The position numbers and the translations under genes were made by a program. Under the pieces are notes generated by a model. It did not search any database, was not told where the DNA came from, and saw nothing but the letters and a program-made list of their open reading frames with translations. From Eledone cirrhosa (lineage: Eukaryota): a stretch of DNA of 64,000 nt. The stretch is taken from positions 100,998,001-101,062,000 of the forward strand of contig OZ024746.1 in the NCBI GenBank assembly GCA_964016885.1, in the 5' to 3' direction. This document shows positions 40,025 through 51,277 of the stretch, in pieces; positions within the stretch are counted from its first letter, which is position 1; every line of letters starts with the position of its first letter.

Positions 40025-40720
40025 GCCACCCAACTACTTAAATTGGGAAATGGGCTTCTTGAAAAAGACTCCAACAACCAGATTCAGTTGTCATTTAGCC
40101 ATATCATTGAAACAAAATTAGGTATAAGAAAGACCAAACATTCAGATCAGACAATGTGATCCAAAATGTTTCTGTGAAAGAAATCAACAGAAGGCTGCTG
40201 AACATGTTACCAGGAAAGAAAAGATGCTACAAATCAGTTGACACAATCACTTCCCAAGACCAGGTTGTAAACTATCCAACTGAATTTTTGAACAGTCTTG
40301 AACTAGCAGGAATTCCTTCACACAACCTGATACTGAAACTTGGAGTATCAGTTATGTTACTCTATAATCAGGATCCTCCAAAACTTTGCAATGGCACAAG
40401 ACTCATCAATAAATTTATGATGCCCAATGTCTTAGAAGTTACAATCATGTCAGGGAAATTTGCTGGTGACAATTGTTTCATTCCCAGAATACCTCTGAAG
40501 CCAACTGATTTGCCATATGAATTTCAAAGACTTCAATTTCCTATCAGACTCAGTTTTGCCATGAATCATTGAAAGTCATTGGGTTGAACCTGGCAGATCC
40601 TGTCTTTTCAAATGATCAACTCTATGTTGGCACAAGGGTTGGAAACCCTGATAGTCACTTCATTGTAGCACCACAGGGCAAAACCAAGAATGTTGTTTAT
40701 CCAGAGGCTTTGAAATGAGC
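40025..40720 (+). mobile_element. Helitron helicase C-terminal fragment
   Basis: NYPTEFLNSLELAGIPSHNLILKLG..PPKLCNGTRL..RLQFPIRLSFAM..GKTKNVVYPEAL. Confidence 0.85.
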
Positions 40721-41123
40721 AATATCGTAATACCTCCTTCAATGACAATACACATAGATCCTAATTCCTTAGTCATATAGTTTGTAAGGAGTTCTGAAGT
40801 CGCAACTTTACTGTAGGTTGTTACTTTGGAAGAATATGCAGGCATTCCTGGGTACCTGTGATATATAGTAGTATAAGTGATATCTGTTTATGGTAACTAG
40901 CTAGACCTGTTAAAAATAGCAGCCAAATTTCCTTCAAATCAAATCCTACTATCTCATGTATGTATATATGAATGAAGTTGGAATTAAGAGGACTGAGAGT
41001 GAACTTAGCTAAGACTAAAGTGTTGATAAGTAGGAAAGAGGACAAACTCTGATTCCATCAGGGAAATGGCCATGCTCGATATGTAGAAAAGGAGTTGGCA
41101 TAATTTCTATACAATGTATAATG

Positions 41124-44003
41124 CTATAAGCTTTTCTGGGTGGGAAATGACAATGGGCTGGGTGGAGTAGGAATCATGGTAGCAGAAAAGTGGGCAGATA
41201 AGATAATAGACGTAAATAGAGTGAACGACAGAATAATGAAAATAAGACTTGTCCTCAATAGAACTACGGTGACAGTAATATCTGCGTACGCACCCCAATC
41301 CGGACTGCCCGGCGCTATAAAAGACAGATTCTATGAGACACTGATGCTCGCTACCTCCCAAATAACCGACAGTGACTATATAATTATTGCAGGCAACCTA
41401 AACGGTCACGTTGGACAACATTGTGACGGCTATGACGGAATCCATGGAGGCTATGGGTTCGGTACTAGAAATGAGGAAGGCTCCAGAATCCTGGAATTCT
41501 GTGACGCAAATAACCTAACTATCTGTAACACTAACTTCAAAAAACGAGACAATCACTTGATCACCTATAGATCGGGGGAACACACAAGCCAGGTAGATTA
41601 TATCCTTACCAGAAGACGTGACAGAGTGTCTGTTGTTAACACTAAATCCCTCCCCCATGAAGAATGCACCTCCCAACATAGACTGATAATTAGCGACCTC
41701 ATAGTCAGGACGAGACGTACTAGACAGCAGAAGAGGACTTTCCTCAGGAGAAAAATATGGAAGCTAAAGGACCCCACAGCCAGAAATAAATTTCAAAGCA
41801 TATTACTTGATGCTTTCGACAGTAAGGAAAAGCAATTAGAGTCGTATAATATAGAGGAACAGTGGGAATTCCTGAAAGTAAACCTGCTGACGGCGGCAGA
41901 CGAAGTCTGTGGCTGGAGCAGGCCTATAGGTAGGAGGAGAGTAACATGGTGGTGGAACAGTAAGGTGGAGGAGTCAATTAAGGCCAAAAAGCAGGCTTGG
42001 AAAGTATGGCGGGATGGGGGAAGTAGAGAAGACTATCAAGTGGCCAGGAGGGAAGCTAGGAGACAAGTGTACTTCGCAAGAAGGGAAGCAGAGGAAAGAA
42101 AGTTCAAGCATGTTCTACAACGCGAGGACCAAAAACGTGAGGTGTTCAGGATTGCTAGGCAATGTGTCAAGGAAAACCGTGATATTGTCGGGGAGAAGTG
42201 TGTACTTAATGATGAAGGCGTACTTGCCATCACTGACGCCGATAAGGTAGCCTGGAAGAGTCACTACGAAAGGCTTCTAAATGAGGAGAATAAATGGGAG
42301 AAAGACAGTCTCCCCCACATCGACCCAATAGAGGGACCAGCAGTGTTAGTCGAAGGTGTATAATAAGTAAGGCAATCAAAGATATGAAGGCGGGTAAGGC
42401 GGCTGGGCCTTCGGAAATAGTTGCTGAGATGCTGAAAGCCTCTGGAACGGTGGGACACACCATGGTCTCCCGGATAGTAAACCAAGTCATACAGAATGGG
42501 GTTGTTCCGAAGGACTGGCGTAGCAGCATCATCATTAACTGTTACAAGGGTAAAGGAGATGCCCTAGATAGGTGTAACTATAGAGGCATTAAATTAATCG
42601 ACCAGGTCATGAAGGTCACGAAAAAAGTAATAGCGCAACCAATCAGAGAGAGAATTGATCTAGATGAAATGCAGTTCGGGTTTGTGTCAGGCAAAAGTAC
42701 CACAGACGCTCTTTTCATTGTACGACAACTACAGGAGAAGTACCTAGCTAAAAGTAAACCCCTATACTTAGCTTTTGTTGACCTGGAGAAAGCCTTCGAC
42801 AGAGTCCCCCGTTCCATTATCTGGTGGGCTCTTAGAAAACTAGGTGTTGACGAATGGCTTGTCAGAGCTATACAAGCCATGTATAAAGAAACAGTCAGCA
42901 AGGTTAGAATTAACAACGAATATAGTGAAGAGTTTAGCGTAAAAGTTGGTGTCCATCAGGGCTCTGTTCTTAGCCCCCTCCTATTTATTATTGCCCTTCA
43001 GGCTATAACAGAGGAGTTCAAGACCGGCTGCCCATGGGAACTCCTATACGCAGATGATCTAACGCTCATAGCTGAATCAATGGCCGAGCTAGAGAAGAAA
43101 TTCCAAACATGGAAGCACGGCCGAGAATCAAAAGGCCTTAAAATTAACCTGGCTAAGACTAAAGTTCTAGTTTGTAGGAAAGAAAATAAGGCGCCAGTCC
43201 CTTCCGGGAAATGGCCATGCTCAGTGTGTAGGAAAGGCGTAGGTAGAAACTCCATTTTATGTCCCAAATGCAAAGTATGGGTGCATAAAAGATGTAGTGG
43301 GATCACAGGTAAGCTAACTAAGAACATAGATTTTACATGTGGCCGGTGCTCTGGTGCAATAAGTAGCAGCAAGTGCCCACAAAATACTAGCTCTTTCAAT
43401 TGCGCAGAGGGTTCTATAGAAATAGTGGACAGCTTCCGTTACCTGGGCGACAAAATCACCAGTGGGGGAGGGTGCTCTGAAAGTATAGTAGCTAGAGTCA
43501 GAACTGGTTGGAAAAAGTTCAGAGAGCTTATACCACTATTAGCCGCTAAAGGGTTCTCCCTAAGAATGAAAGGCAGGTTGTATGATGCCTGCATACGAAC
43601 AGCAATGTTGCATGGCAGTGAGACCTGGGCATTGTGTGCAGAAGATATACGCAGACTAGAGAGGAACGAAGCTTGCATGCTCCGCTGGATGTGTAATAGT
43701 AACATACGTGAACGGCAAAGCATAAACGAACTAAGGAAAAAATTAGAAATAAGAGGGATCAGATGTTGTTTACTCGAGAGAAAGCTACGTTGGTATGGTC
43801 ACGTGATGCGCATGAAAGACGACAGCTGTATAACAAAGTGCAGGGCAATAAAGATAGACGGTAGCTACGGAGTAGGCAGACCCAGAAAAACCTGGGACGA
43901 GCTGATAAATTCTGACCTCACACACTTACACCTCTCCAAGACAATGTCACTGGACCGAGACCTTTGGCGGTACTCAGTAATAGAGAAGACCCGCCTTACC
44001 TAA
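41124..44003 (+). mobile_element. Near-intact, 5'-truncated RTE-clade LINE (APE-RT ORF split by one frameshift at about 42360)
   Basis: ORF 41140-42363 (SAYAPQ, QVDYIL, ECTSQHRL) and ORF 42294-44003 (QFGF, FVDLEKAFD, GVHQGSVLSP, YADD, FRYLG, RWYGHVMR). Confidence 0.95.
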
Positions 44004-44216
44004 ATACAAAGTAAAACCTACTACAGCCAGTAGGCATCTCTAACGAAATATTAAAAACAACACCACTGGACAAAAATAATATTCTTATCTAGATAATTTG
44101 CTTTGAACAAATGACAAATATTCTGCTACAATTCCTACTTTAGCTAAAATACAGCAATCATATTTTATTGGTAAAATATTTTGCAATATGTGACAAAATA
44201 TATTACTTTCAGAAAA

Positions 44217-44246
44217 TACCCGGGCATCGTCGGGTACCTCTGCTAG
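44217..44246 (+). mobile_element. Helitron 3' terminus
   Basis: Hairpin TACCCG-GGCATCGT-CGGGTA followed by CTAG|T. Confidence 0.7.
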
Positions 44247-44659
44247 TTTTCATATAAAATATTTAATGTCTTGCAACTGTTAAAAATTTCAACTTTATCG
44301 GATGTGGATCTTACATTAAGTTTGACCTCCACTGTGTTGGACAATCCCCGTGATATACGCAGATAGAACGGAAAATGTCAAGTTCACTGTTTATTTTTTG
44401 TCTACTTATGAAAGATCATCTTTTTCTTTCTGACGTCTTATGATTTGTTCAGTGTATTTTTTAATCATATTCGTAATAAAAATTAAGTTTATCATTAAAG
44501 AAGACACTATCATGAACATCTTGTAATAATCACGAAAACACAATTATTAAAAATGTTTAAAATTCATAACTGGAAAGTTAGACAAAACGGTCAATTTTAT
44601 AAACAAATTCAGTTTTAGCAGTAAATTTAAATAAACAATATACTTTAAATGTTACTTAC

Positions 44660-44986
44660 GCGAAGTTTACGGCGATATTTATTAGTTATTTGTTTTGCGT
44701 GAACTAGTAAATGAGTTCCTATTCCAAAACACAGAATGAAGACCACAATGAAACCAGGACCAATAAATTTGTAGTCAAAGTTAATTAGATAAACATGACG
44801 GTGTCGAAGAGTAATCACCAAAATACCAACTACCATGCAAATCAATCCCAAAATGTACAGACCTATAGCAGATAAATAATAAAACCGACCAGGTCCTATA
44901 CTCAAAGAGTTTAACTGTTCTTTAATCCTACCATGTAAGTAATGGCTATACGCCGTCAGGGTATCCATATCTAAATCTTTAGCCAT
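44660..44986 (-). CDS. Gene 1, first coding exon: two-transmembrane N-terminal domain (109 aa)
   Basis: ATG in context ATCATGG. Hydrophobic segments YYLSAIGLYILGLICMVVGILVITL and FIGPGFIVVFILCFGIGTHLLV. Basic stop-transfer KYRRKLR. Canonical donor CGC|gtaagt, phase 0. Confidence 0.85.
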
Positions 44987-45398
44987 GATGTCCTCCTTTA
45001 ATTATACCAAAACAGTAAGAGGAACAGTTGATTTTAAGTTAAATCTTTAAAAACAAATATCTATGACAGTTTTGAAGTATAAAATAGTTTCATCTAATAT
45101 ATAATGGGCGCCATTGAAAGTTTAAACGTTTACAAAGTTAGGTGTGAAACACACCTGACAGGTAAATCTTGACCTCATTAATTAGTACGCATGCGTTTGA
45201 AGACAGGTAAATAGTGACATAGGTAAAAACATATTTAACATTCCTTGTTGTGGTCAACACTTGTAGTTACGTATTTTTCAACTGTATTTTCTTAACAAGT
45301 ACTTAATATATTCGAAACTTTGTTAAATAAAGCCTTTTTGTAACTTCTGGACAGTGGGAGGTGGGTTGGATGGGTATTAAAAAGTTGATTTTGGGGTG

Positions 45399-45441
<43 letters not shown>

Positions 45442-45516
45442 GTGTGTGTGTGTGTGTGTGTGTGTTAAGTATTTCCGAAGAAATTTTATTTTCATTTCAT
45501 ATATCGATAACATAAA

Positions 45517-45588
45517 TATTTCATCTGTTGAGCGAACTAGACGTATGTTAATATTGTCTAGTGTCCTGAAACCTTTGGTAATGGAGTA
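45517..45588 (+). ncRNA. Type I hammerhead ribozyme motif, one core substitution
   Basis: Stem I TATTTCAT/ATGGAGTA; core CTGTTGA (consensus CTGATGA); stem II ACTAGAC/GTCTAGT; GAAA-CC-TTT-GG-TA. Confidence 0.6.
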
Positions 45589-45917
45589 GTTGTATTGTGT
45601 TGTTTACTTCCCAATTAAATATGACCCTCCCAAAGTATAACAATATATATATATATATATATATATTCGTTTTGCAAGGTTTTTGATATGATATTGTTAT
45701 ATTTGTGGAGGGTCATATTGTTATAATATTGCCAGAAATAATAATAAAAAAAATATTAAAACAATAGGGATATAAAATATACAGAAGCGAAAACCAATCC
45801 AAACCAAACAGTGAGTTTTATTTATTATTATTTCTGGGAATATTATAACAATATATATAATAAATAGACTTATAACATAATTTTACTCTAGGTACGTTTT
45901 AATGTACAACAGCCGGC

Positions 45918-45964
<47 letters not shown>

Positions 45965-45968
<4 letters not shown>

Positions 45969-46302
45969 GATATATTAACAAATGGAAACTATATTTATAA
46001 AACCATATTTATTTCATTATACATATTTCAAGGACACCAAGTTAAATTATGGTGTGCTTTCATCAGATAAAATATAATATAGATCAGTTTTATAAATAAA
46101 TATTGACATACCCTTAAAGAATGCGACCATTTCTGTTGGAAGCTCCCGGATATGGGCATGTCAATATTTATTTATAAAACTGATCTATATTATATTTTAT
46201 CTGATGAAAGCACACCATAATTTAACTTGGTGTCCTTGAAATATGTATAATGAAATAAATATGGTTTTATAAATATAGTTTCCATTTGTTAATATATCGT
46301 AT
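45965..46302. repeat. Inverted repeat, arms of about 148 bp and a 40-bp spacer, each arm carrying a hammerhead motif
   Basis: 45965-46113 is the near-perfect reverse complement of 46154-46302. Confidence 0.9.
46185..46264 (+). ncRNA. Type I hammerhead ribozyme motif, intact core (mirror copy on the minus strand at about 46003-46082)
   Basis: Stem I TATTTTAT/ATGAAATA; CTGATGA at 46201-46207; stem II AAGcACACCA/TGGTGTcCTT; GAAA at 46238-46241; minimal stem III; predicted AUA cleavage triplet at 46247-46249. Confidence 0.7.
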
Positions 46303-46383
46303 TTTTACTCCAATAATTTGAGTGCTTTATATCAGTTATAAAAATATTTGCTTGTTGTATCCCAACAATTTAAATAGAACTTT

Positions 46384-46473
<90 letters not shown>

Positions 46474-47097
46474 TACATACATGTACATGTCATAGTAAAT
46501 TTAGTGGAAATGGTTTAGTAGCTGACCATATCCGCTTTACTTCATACAAAATTCCCTACTTGATAAACTTTTCTTGGAACATCATGCAAGCACGATATGA
46601 AATCAAATTTAGTGTTTTAAAACTTATAAAATAGCAATATTTTCAGTAATCTAAAAATAACCTAAATCTGTCCCTAATCCACTTGTATTAAATATTTTTC
46701 TAGGGACGTAGCTTCTGGGCATGAAGTATCTACTCAAACTAAAACTATATTAAAGATTCTATAAAGAAAGTACATAATTTATTATTCATTATGAAAGTGT
46801 TTAATACAGGAAATTCAAGGTGAAATTTATAAAATGCTATATATTTTGATGATAGATTGTCACTATTTCTCCTACGTTTCAACCTCATATATATTTCTTT
46901 CTAAAATTGGCGAAAGGCAACTAATTTAAGGGAAGGGAAAAGTTGCTTATTTTGACCCAAATACTTAACTGATACTCTATTTTATCGACCTTAGAAGGAT
47001 GACGGACAAACTCAGAACATAAAGAGTCTATTATCTGACGCTTTACAGGTACTGCCAATACACCACACTTAATCTCTCTAGATAATAATAGGATAAT

Positions 47098-50000
47098 TTA
47101 TTTATTCACGTTTATAATAACATATATAATGACACAATTCATAGAGGAAAGTCATAAAATCACTTATATCAACACAAGTGGATAAGTTCCTTCAGAATGA
47201 AAATATAAACAGAGCATATAAATAAATTTACAGTAGAATAACATAAAATATGTTTTAAATATATACATAAATAACATTACAAATGCCTCGGTAACACTAC
47301 AAAGGATGATACAATGAAAGATAAATTCCTTCAATGCTACAATATTAAAGAAAATGTAAAAGAATGGGTGAACAACGGAGCCAACACCAGAGCAAAAGAC
47401 AACAACGCCGCGAGTACTAGGCAACCGCTCTAATGATTTTTTAGGCAAGCCACCACACTCACAGCGTTGCCCGGGGTGATGGCGAGGCTGATGCGCTGAA
47501 ATAGCCAAGCACCCTCGCGAGATTCACCAGTCACCACAATTAGGCGAGCCGCCAGTGAGGAAAGGAACCTCGCAGTCAGCGGCCCGACTCCCCCAAACGT
47601 CTCGAAAGTCACAGGCTGAAAAATGTAGCTGGCCGACAGAGCAGAGTATTATAGGGTCTTACTCCGCTCGGCTGCAGAAGCTGTGGTTCTCGTCCTAACC
47701 GCAGCATCCAGGATGTGGGAAAGAGCAAAAGAGGCACTAACAGTGACGTCCCAGACAAGGCACCTGCCTCTCGACCAGGAGCACAGGGTAAGACCGTCAG
47801 GTCTTATGCCGTCACTTCTTGACAACCCAGATGGTTTCAAGACCGAGGGGATATTCGCCCGAGCCAAAGCTCTCTTCAGAATGAGGTTTAGCTCCGTGTG
47901 ACGCGCGAAGCGGCCGGCATTCAGGCGGCAAGAAAGACCGTGGAGGCCTGTAGAGTCGAGGAGTTTGCCGCATCGGCACCTCAAACCCATGCAAACGTCG
48001 GCTCCCACTCTGAGGGCGATGGAGACACGAAGTTCGTCCAGGCTGAGTAGGCCACCAACGTTGGCCACGGGTAGGGCATCAACCCAGTCGCCTGAGTATT
48101 TGGCGCTGGCAGATAGTAAGCGGCACCTTGCAAACTGATCTGACTGGACGAAGAGGGAGTCGCAGGTGGCCTTCGAACTGATGCTGTCCCAACTTCTCTG
48201 ACTTCGACTGTCCTCTCAGGAAGAGACAAGCCCAACTCACTCCATTGCTGGAGAGCTTCACCCAACTCCCTGTTGGAACTAGTCCATGTTGGACAGGAGA
48301 GGATGCTGCCCACCAGGGTGGAGCAAGCGTGGGTGGAGGAAAGGAAGCAGGGGAGAGAGAGGGATGAACACTTGCGGAGACCAAGACCCCCAAATCGCTT
48401 GGGCAACGCAGCCTGATCGTGGGACTCTGGGGAGAGTCTAACATTGACCAGACACTCGAGTCTCTCGAAGATTAGGTCGTCGAAGCGTTGGAGGCAGGAC
48501 GGAAAACTGTGAGAGGGGCTGACCCTGGGCAGATACAGAAGCTTAGGAATAGACAGGTAGTTCCTGAGTAAGAAGAAACCTTGATGGGGTTCGATAACTT
48601 CGATATTCCTCAGCAGCTGCTCAAGGCCAACCATCTTCGATTGGAAGGTTGACTCGAAGGCCAGGTCTCTGACTGGGGCTCCTAAGGAGCACCAAGCCGA
48701 CGGGGGAGGGACCGCAATGGAAGGGAAGGACTCTGCGAACAGGTCGATCAGCTGTTGGTGTTGAGAAGCCGGGTGGTTGAGGATCCAGAGCTCACATTTG
48801 GAGCTATTGATCTGGAGACCCCGGCGACCAAGTTCATCCACCATCCTGTTGGCAAGGGCGAGAACCATATCCGGATTACCCCGCAAGCACGCATCGTCGA
48901 GGTACCAGACATTAAGGTCCAACTCATCCCCCATCTTGGTGACGTCATCAATGCCCAGTGCAAACAGTGCGGACCCGAGTTTGTCACCCTGTTGGACTCC
49001 TGAGGCAAAGGTGATGATCTGGTCAGCGAAAAAGAGGTAGGAGGGCTCCCGATAAGCCTGCCAAGCAAAGTGGTAGAGTTGTGGGACCCTCTCCCTTACT
49101 GAGACGAGGACGATGTCGCGGCTGACGGAATTGAAGGCATTCCTGAGGTCAAGTTTGAGGATAACCTTGGGGGAACGAGGAGGGCAAGTTGGAAAATGCT
49201 CTGGCAGCGTGGGCAGCAGCCTCACATCCCAACCTGGTACCCACCCCCAGCTGGATGGGGGAAAATTCCTCCGCCAGTGAGTCGGAGACCAACAGCAAAC
49301 ACGCCTTTGCTGTGAAGCGGCGAAGAGTGCAGCCAACCGCAATGTGGCGCAGGGCCCCGTTGGGCTTGGTGAGACCAAATAGCTTCACACCGAAGAACAG
49401 TGGCGGATGAACGGGAGAACGTTCACCGAAGAGAACTGATTCACAAACCGAGTCAGACTCTCCAAGAGCTCGAGTCCGGCGTCACCGGCCGATAAGGAGA
49501 TACCATCCTTGAGGTGTTGAGGACGAAGGCCGTCAATTCCCGCGCCTGGCCCAGTGGGGAAGAATGAAATCGCCTTTCTGATGATATCGGTGGTGTAAAC
49601 CGGTCTCGAGTATTCTAGTGGTTCGGGCCAGTGTAGCTGGTCATCTGGGGGTGCCGATGGGTGCTTCTCTTTCAGACGCTCAAGAGAGTCAGAGTTGCAC
49701 GGAGCAAGGGAGGATAGAGAAGAGAGGAGACTGACAGCCCCTTTAATGTCAAATTCGCTGAATTTGGCATCGACCGCTCGCTTGAGGTCTACCGGTTGTC
49801 TGTTGGTGGACACCGAGCTCGGTGCCAAACTGAGATAAGACGTGGTTGGGGTGGACTCAAACAGCTGGAACTGCCGCTTGAGAGAGGACGTGAGGGAACC
49901 CGAGTTCGCATTGTGCACGTGAAGGGAGATGAGGGGAAACAAAAACAATTTCTGCCAGTCAGACCTATTGTTGGACGAGCAAACGTTTTTCAGCAAATTA

Positions 50001-50995
50001 GAGAGGGCACGTGCAAAGCTGTTCCGAGCTCCCTTGGGGATCCGGTTTACGAACTTAGGTTTGGAGAAGCCCTGGGGGGCTGTGGCAAAGTCCTCGGTAG
50101 AGAGTTAGTCATCGAAGGGTGGGTCATCCCCACGGAATACGTCGGAACTGAAGTGGCACCGATTACAGGTCCAGTGTTGAAGCCTTTTGGCTTGAGCTTT
50201 GGTGATGCCGACACAGTTTCTGTGGTAGCTTGCGTGGCATAGGTGACATTTAATTGTCTTTAAGTACCGGCTAGTGCGGGCACAGAGAGCGCAATCAGGT
50301 GGTGGACTGGCAACAGCCGGCAGTAGAGGGCCAGCGCTGGAATTCGGTGGAGGGAGTGAGTCAGTAAAGGAAAGGAGACAGCAGTGGTTCTAATGGTGGG
50401 ACTAAAGCGGAGGTTGGGTGGAGGGCTAACAGTTGTAGTGTGGTGGGGTTGGCTGGTTTGGATTCGTTCGGAATCTGCCGTGAAGGGGAGGTGGGGGCAA
50501 GATAGCTCCTCTCGTGCGTGCCGCAGTTGGTGGAGAATGAGAGGTCGGAGGCTGACCGTTTGTCACATAGTCGTTCCACCAAGCAGGTCTCTTGGTCGTT
50601 CGACGCATGCCACCGCCACCTAGAGTGGACTAGGTTAAAGTGGAGGCAACTTTAGCAATCGGCCATCGCCGGTGATAGTTCGGTCGAAACATCAGGCCAC
50701 CGACGGGTTGAACGAATACCTAGGTGGGCTTGGGGTGAGCAAGGGGAGGGATGGAAGGTGGAGAAGGGGTGAGGAGATTATGAGTGTGTGGAGAGGAGTG
50801 TGGTCATGTGAGAGGCAGGTAAATACAGTGGGAGAGAAAGAGCACTGAACATGCAAAGAGAAGGAAGATAAAAACGCTAGAAATACAAAATCTAAGGCTG
50901 TGAGTTTGCGTAATAGTTCGCATGGGTAAATTCGCAGTAAAAATCGAAATTGTGAGTTTGTGTAAAAAATAAAAATAAAATTAAAAAAACACACA
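47098..50995 (-). mobile_element. CRE-clade non-LTR retrotransposon (PHD - RT - CCHC - restriction-like endonuclease) with a few frameshifts and stops
   Basis: RIPKGAR, GIDGLRPQHLKD, LRHIAVGCTLRR, QLGVG, KLDLRNAFNSVSR, GVQQGD, WYLDD, CRCG..GLHGLSC..RH, RPDG..WDVT, ETFGG, FQRISLAI..GNA. AT-rich 3'UTR ending AATAAATAAA at about 47100. Confidence 0.88.
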
Positions 50996-51139
50996 ATATA
51001 ACTTTTAGATATATGTTTGGAAGAGTCTTGCATTCTCCATTGTGGACAATGTCGAGCTTGAGTTACTTCCATTCAGTAAAATCAAAACCTGAATGATAGT
51101 GATACAAGATATTTACAACTACAGAGTGATTACATTACT

Positions 51140-51277
51140 CTGATTTAGGCACAAGGCCAACAATTTTGGGAGGAGAGGAAAGTCGATTAAATCGACCTCA
51201 GTACATTACTGGTGCTTAATTTATCGACCCCTTAAGGATGAAAGGCAAAGCTAACATCGGCTGGATTTGAACTCAGG
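51140..51277 (-). mobile_element. SINE family A, partial
   Basis: Tail, body and B-box present. Confidence 0.8.

Noticed and set aside
42294-42363. Programmed frameshift between the two RTE ORFs
   Set aside because: RTE endonuclease and RT are normally one ORF and I see no slippery heptamer. A single indel in this copy is simpler; the GDxN motif also reads GNLN.
44984-45000. Perfect Shine-Dalgarno-like TAAAGGAGG-N5-ATG before gene 1
   Set aside because: The gene has four spliceosomal introns and a good Kozak context. Treated as coincidence, not bacterial origin.
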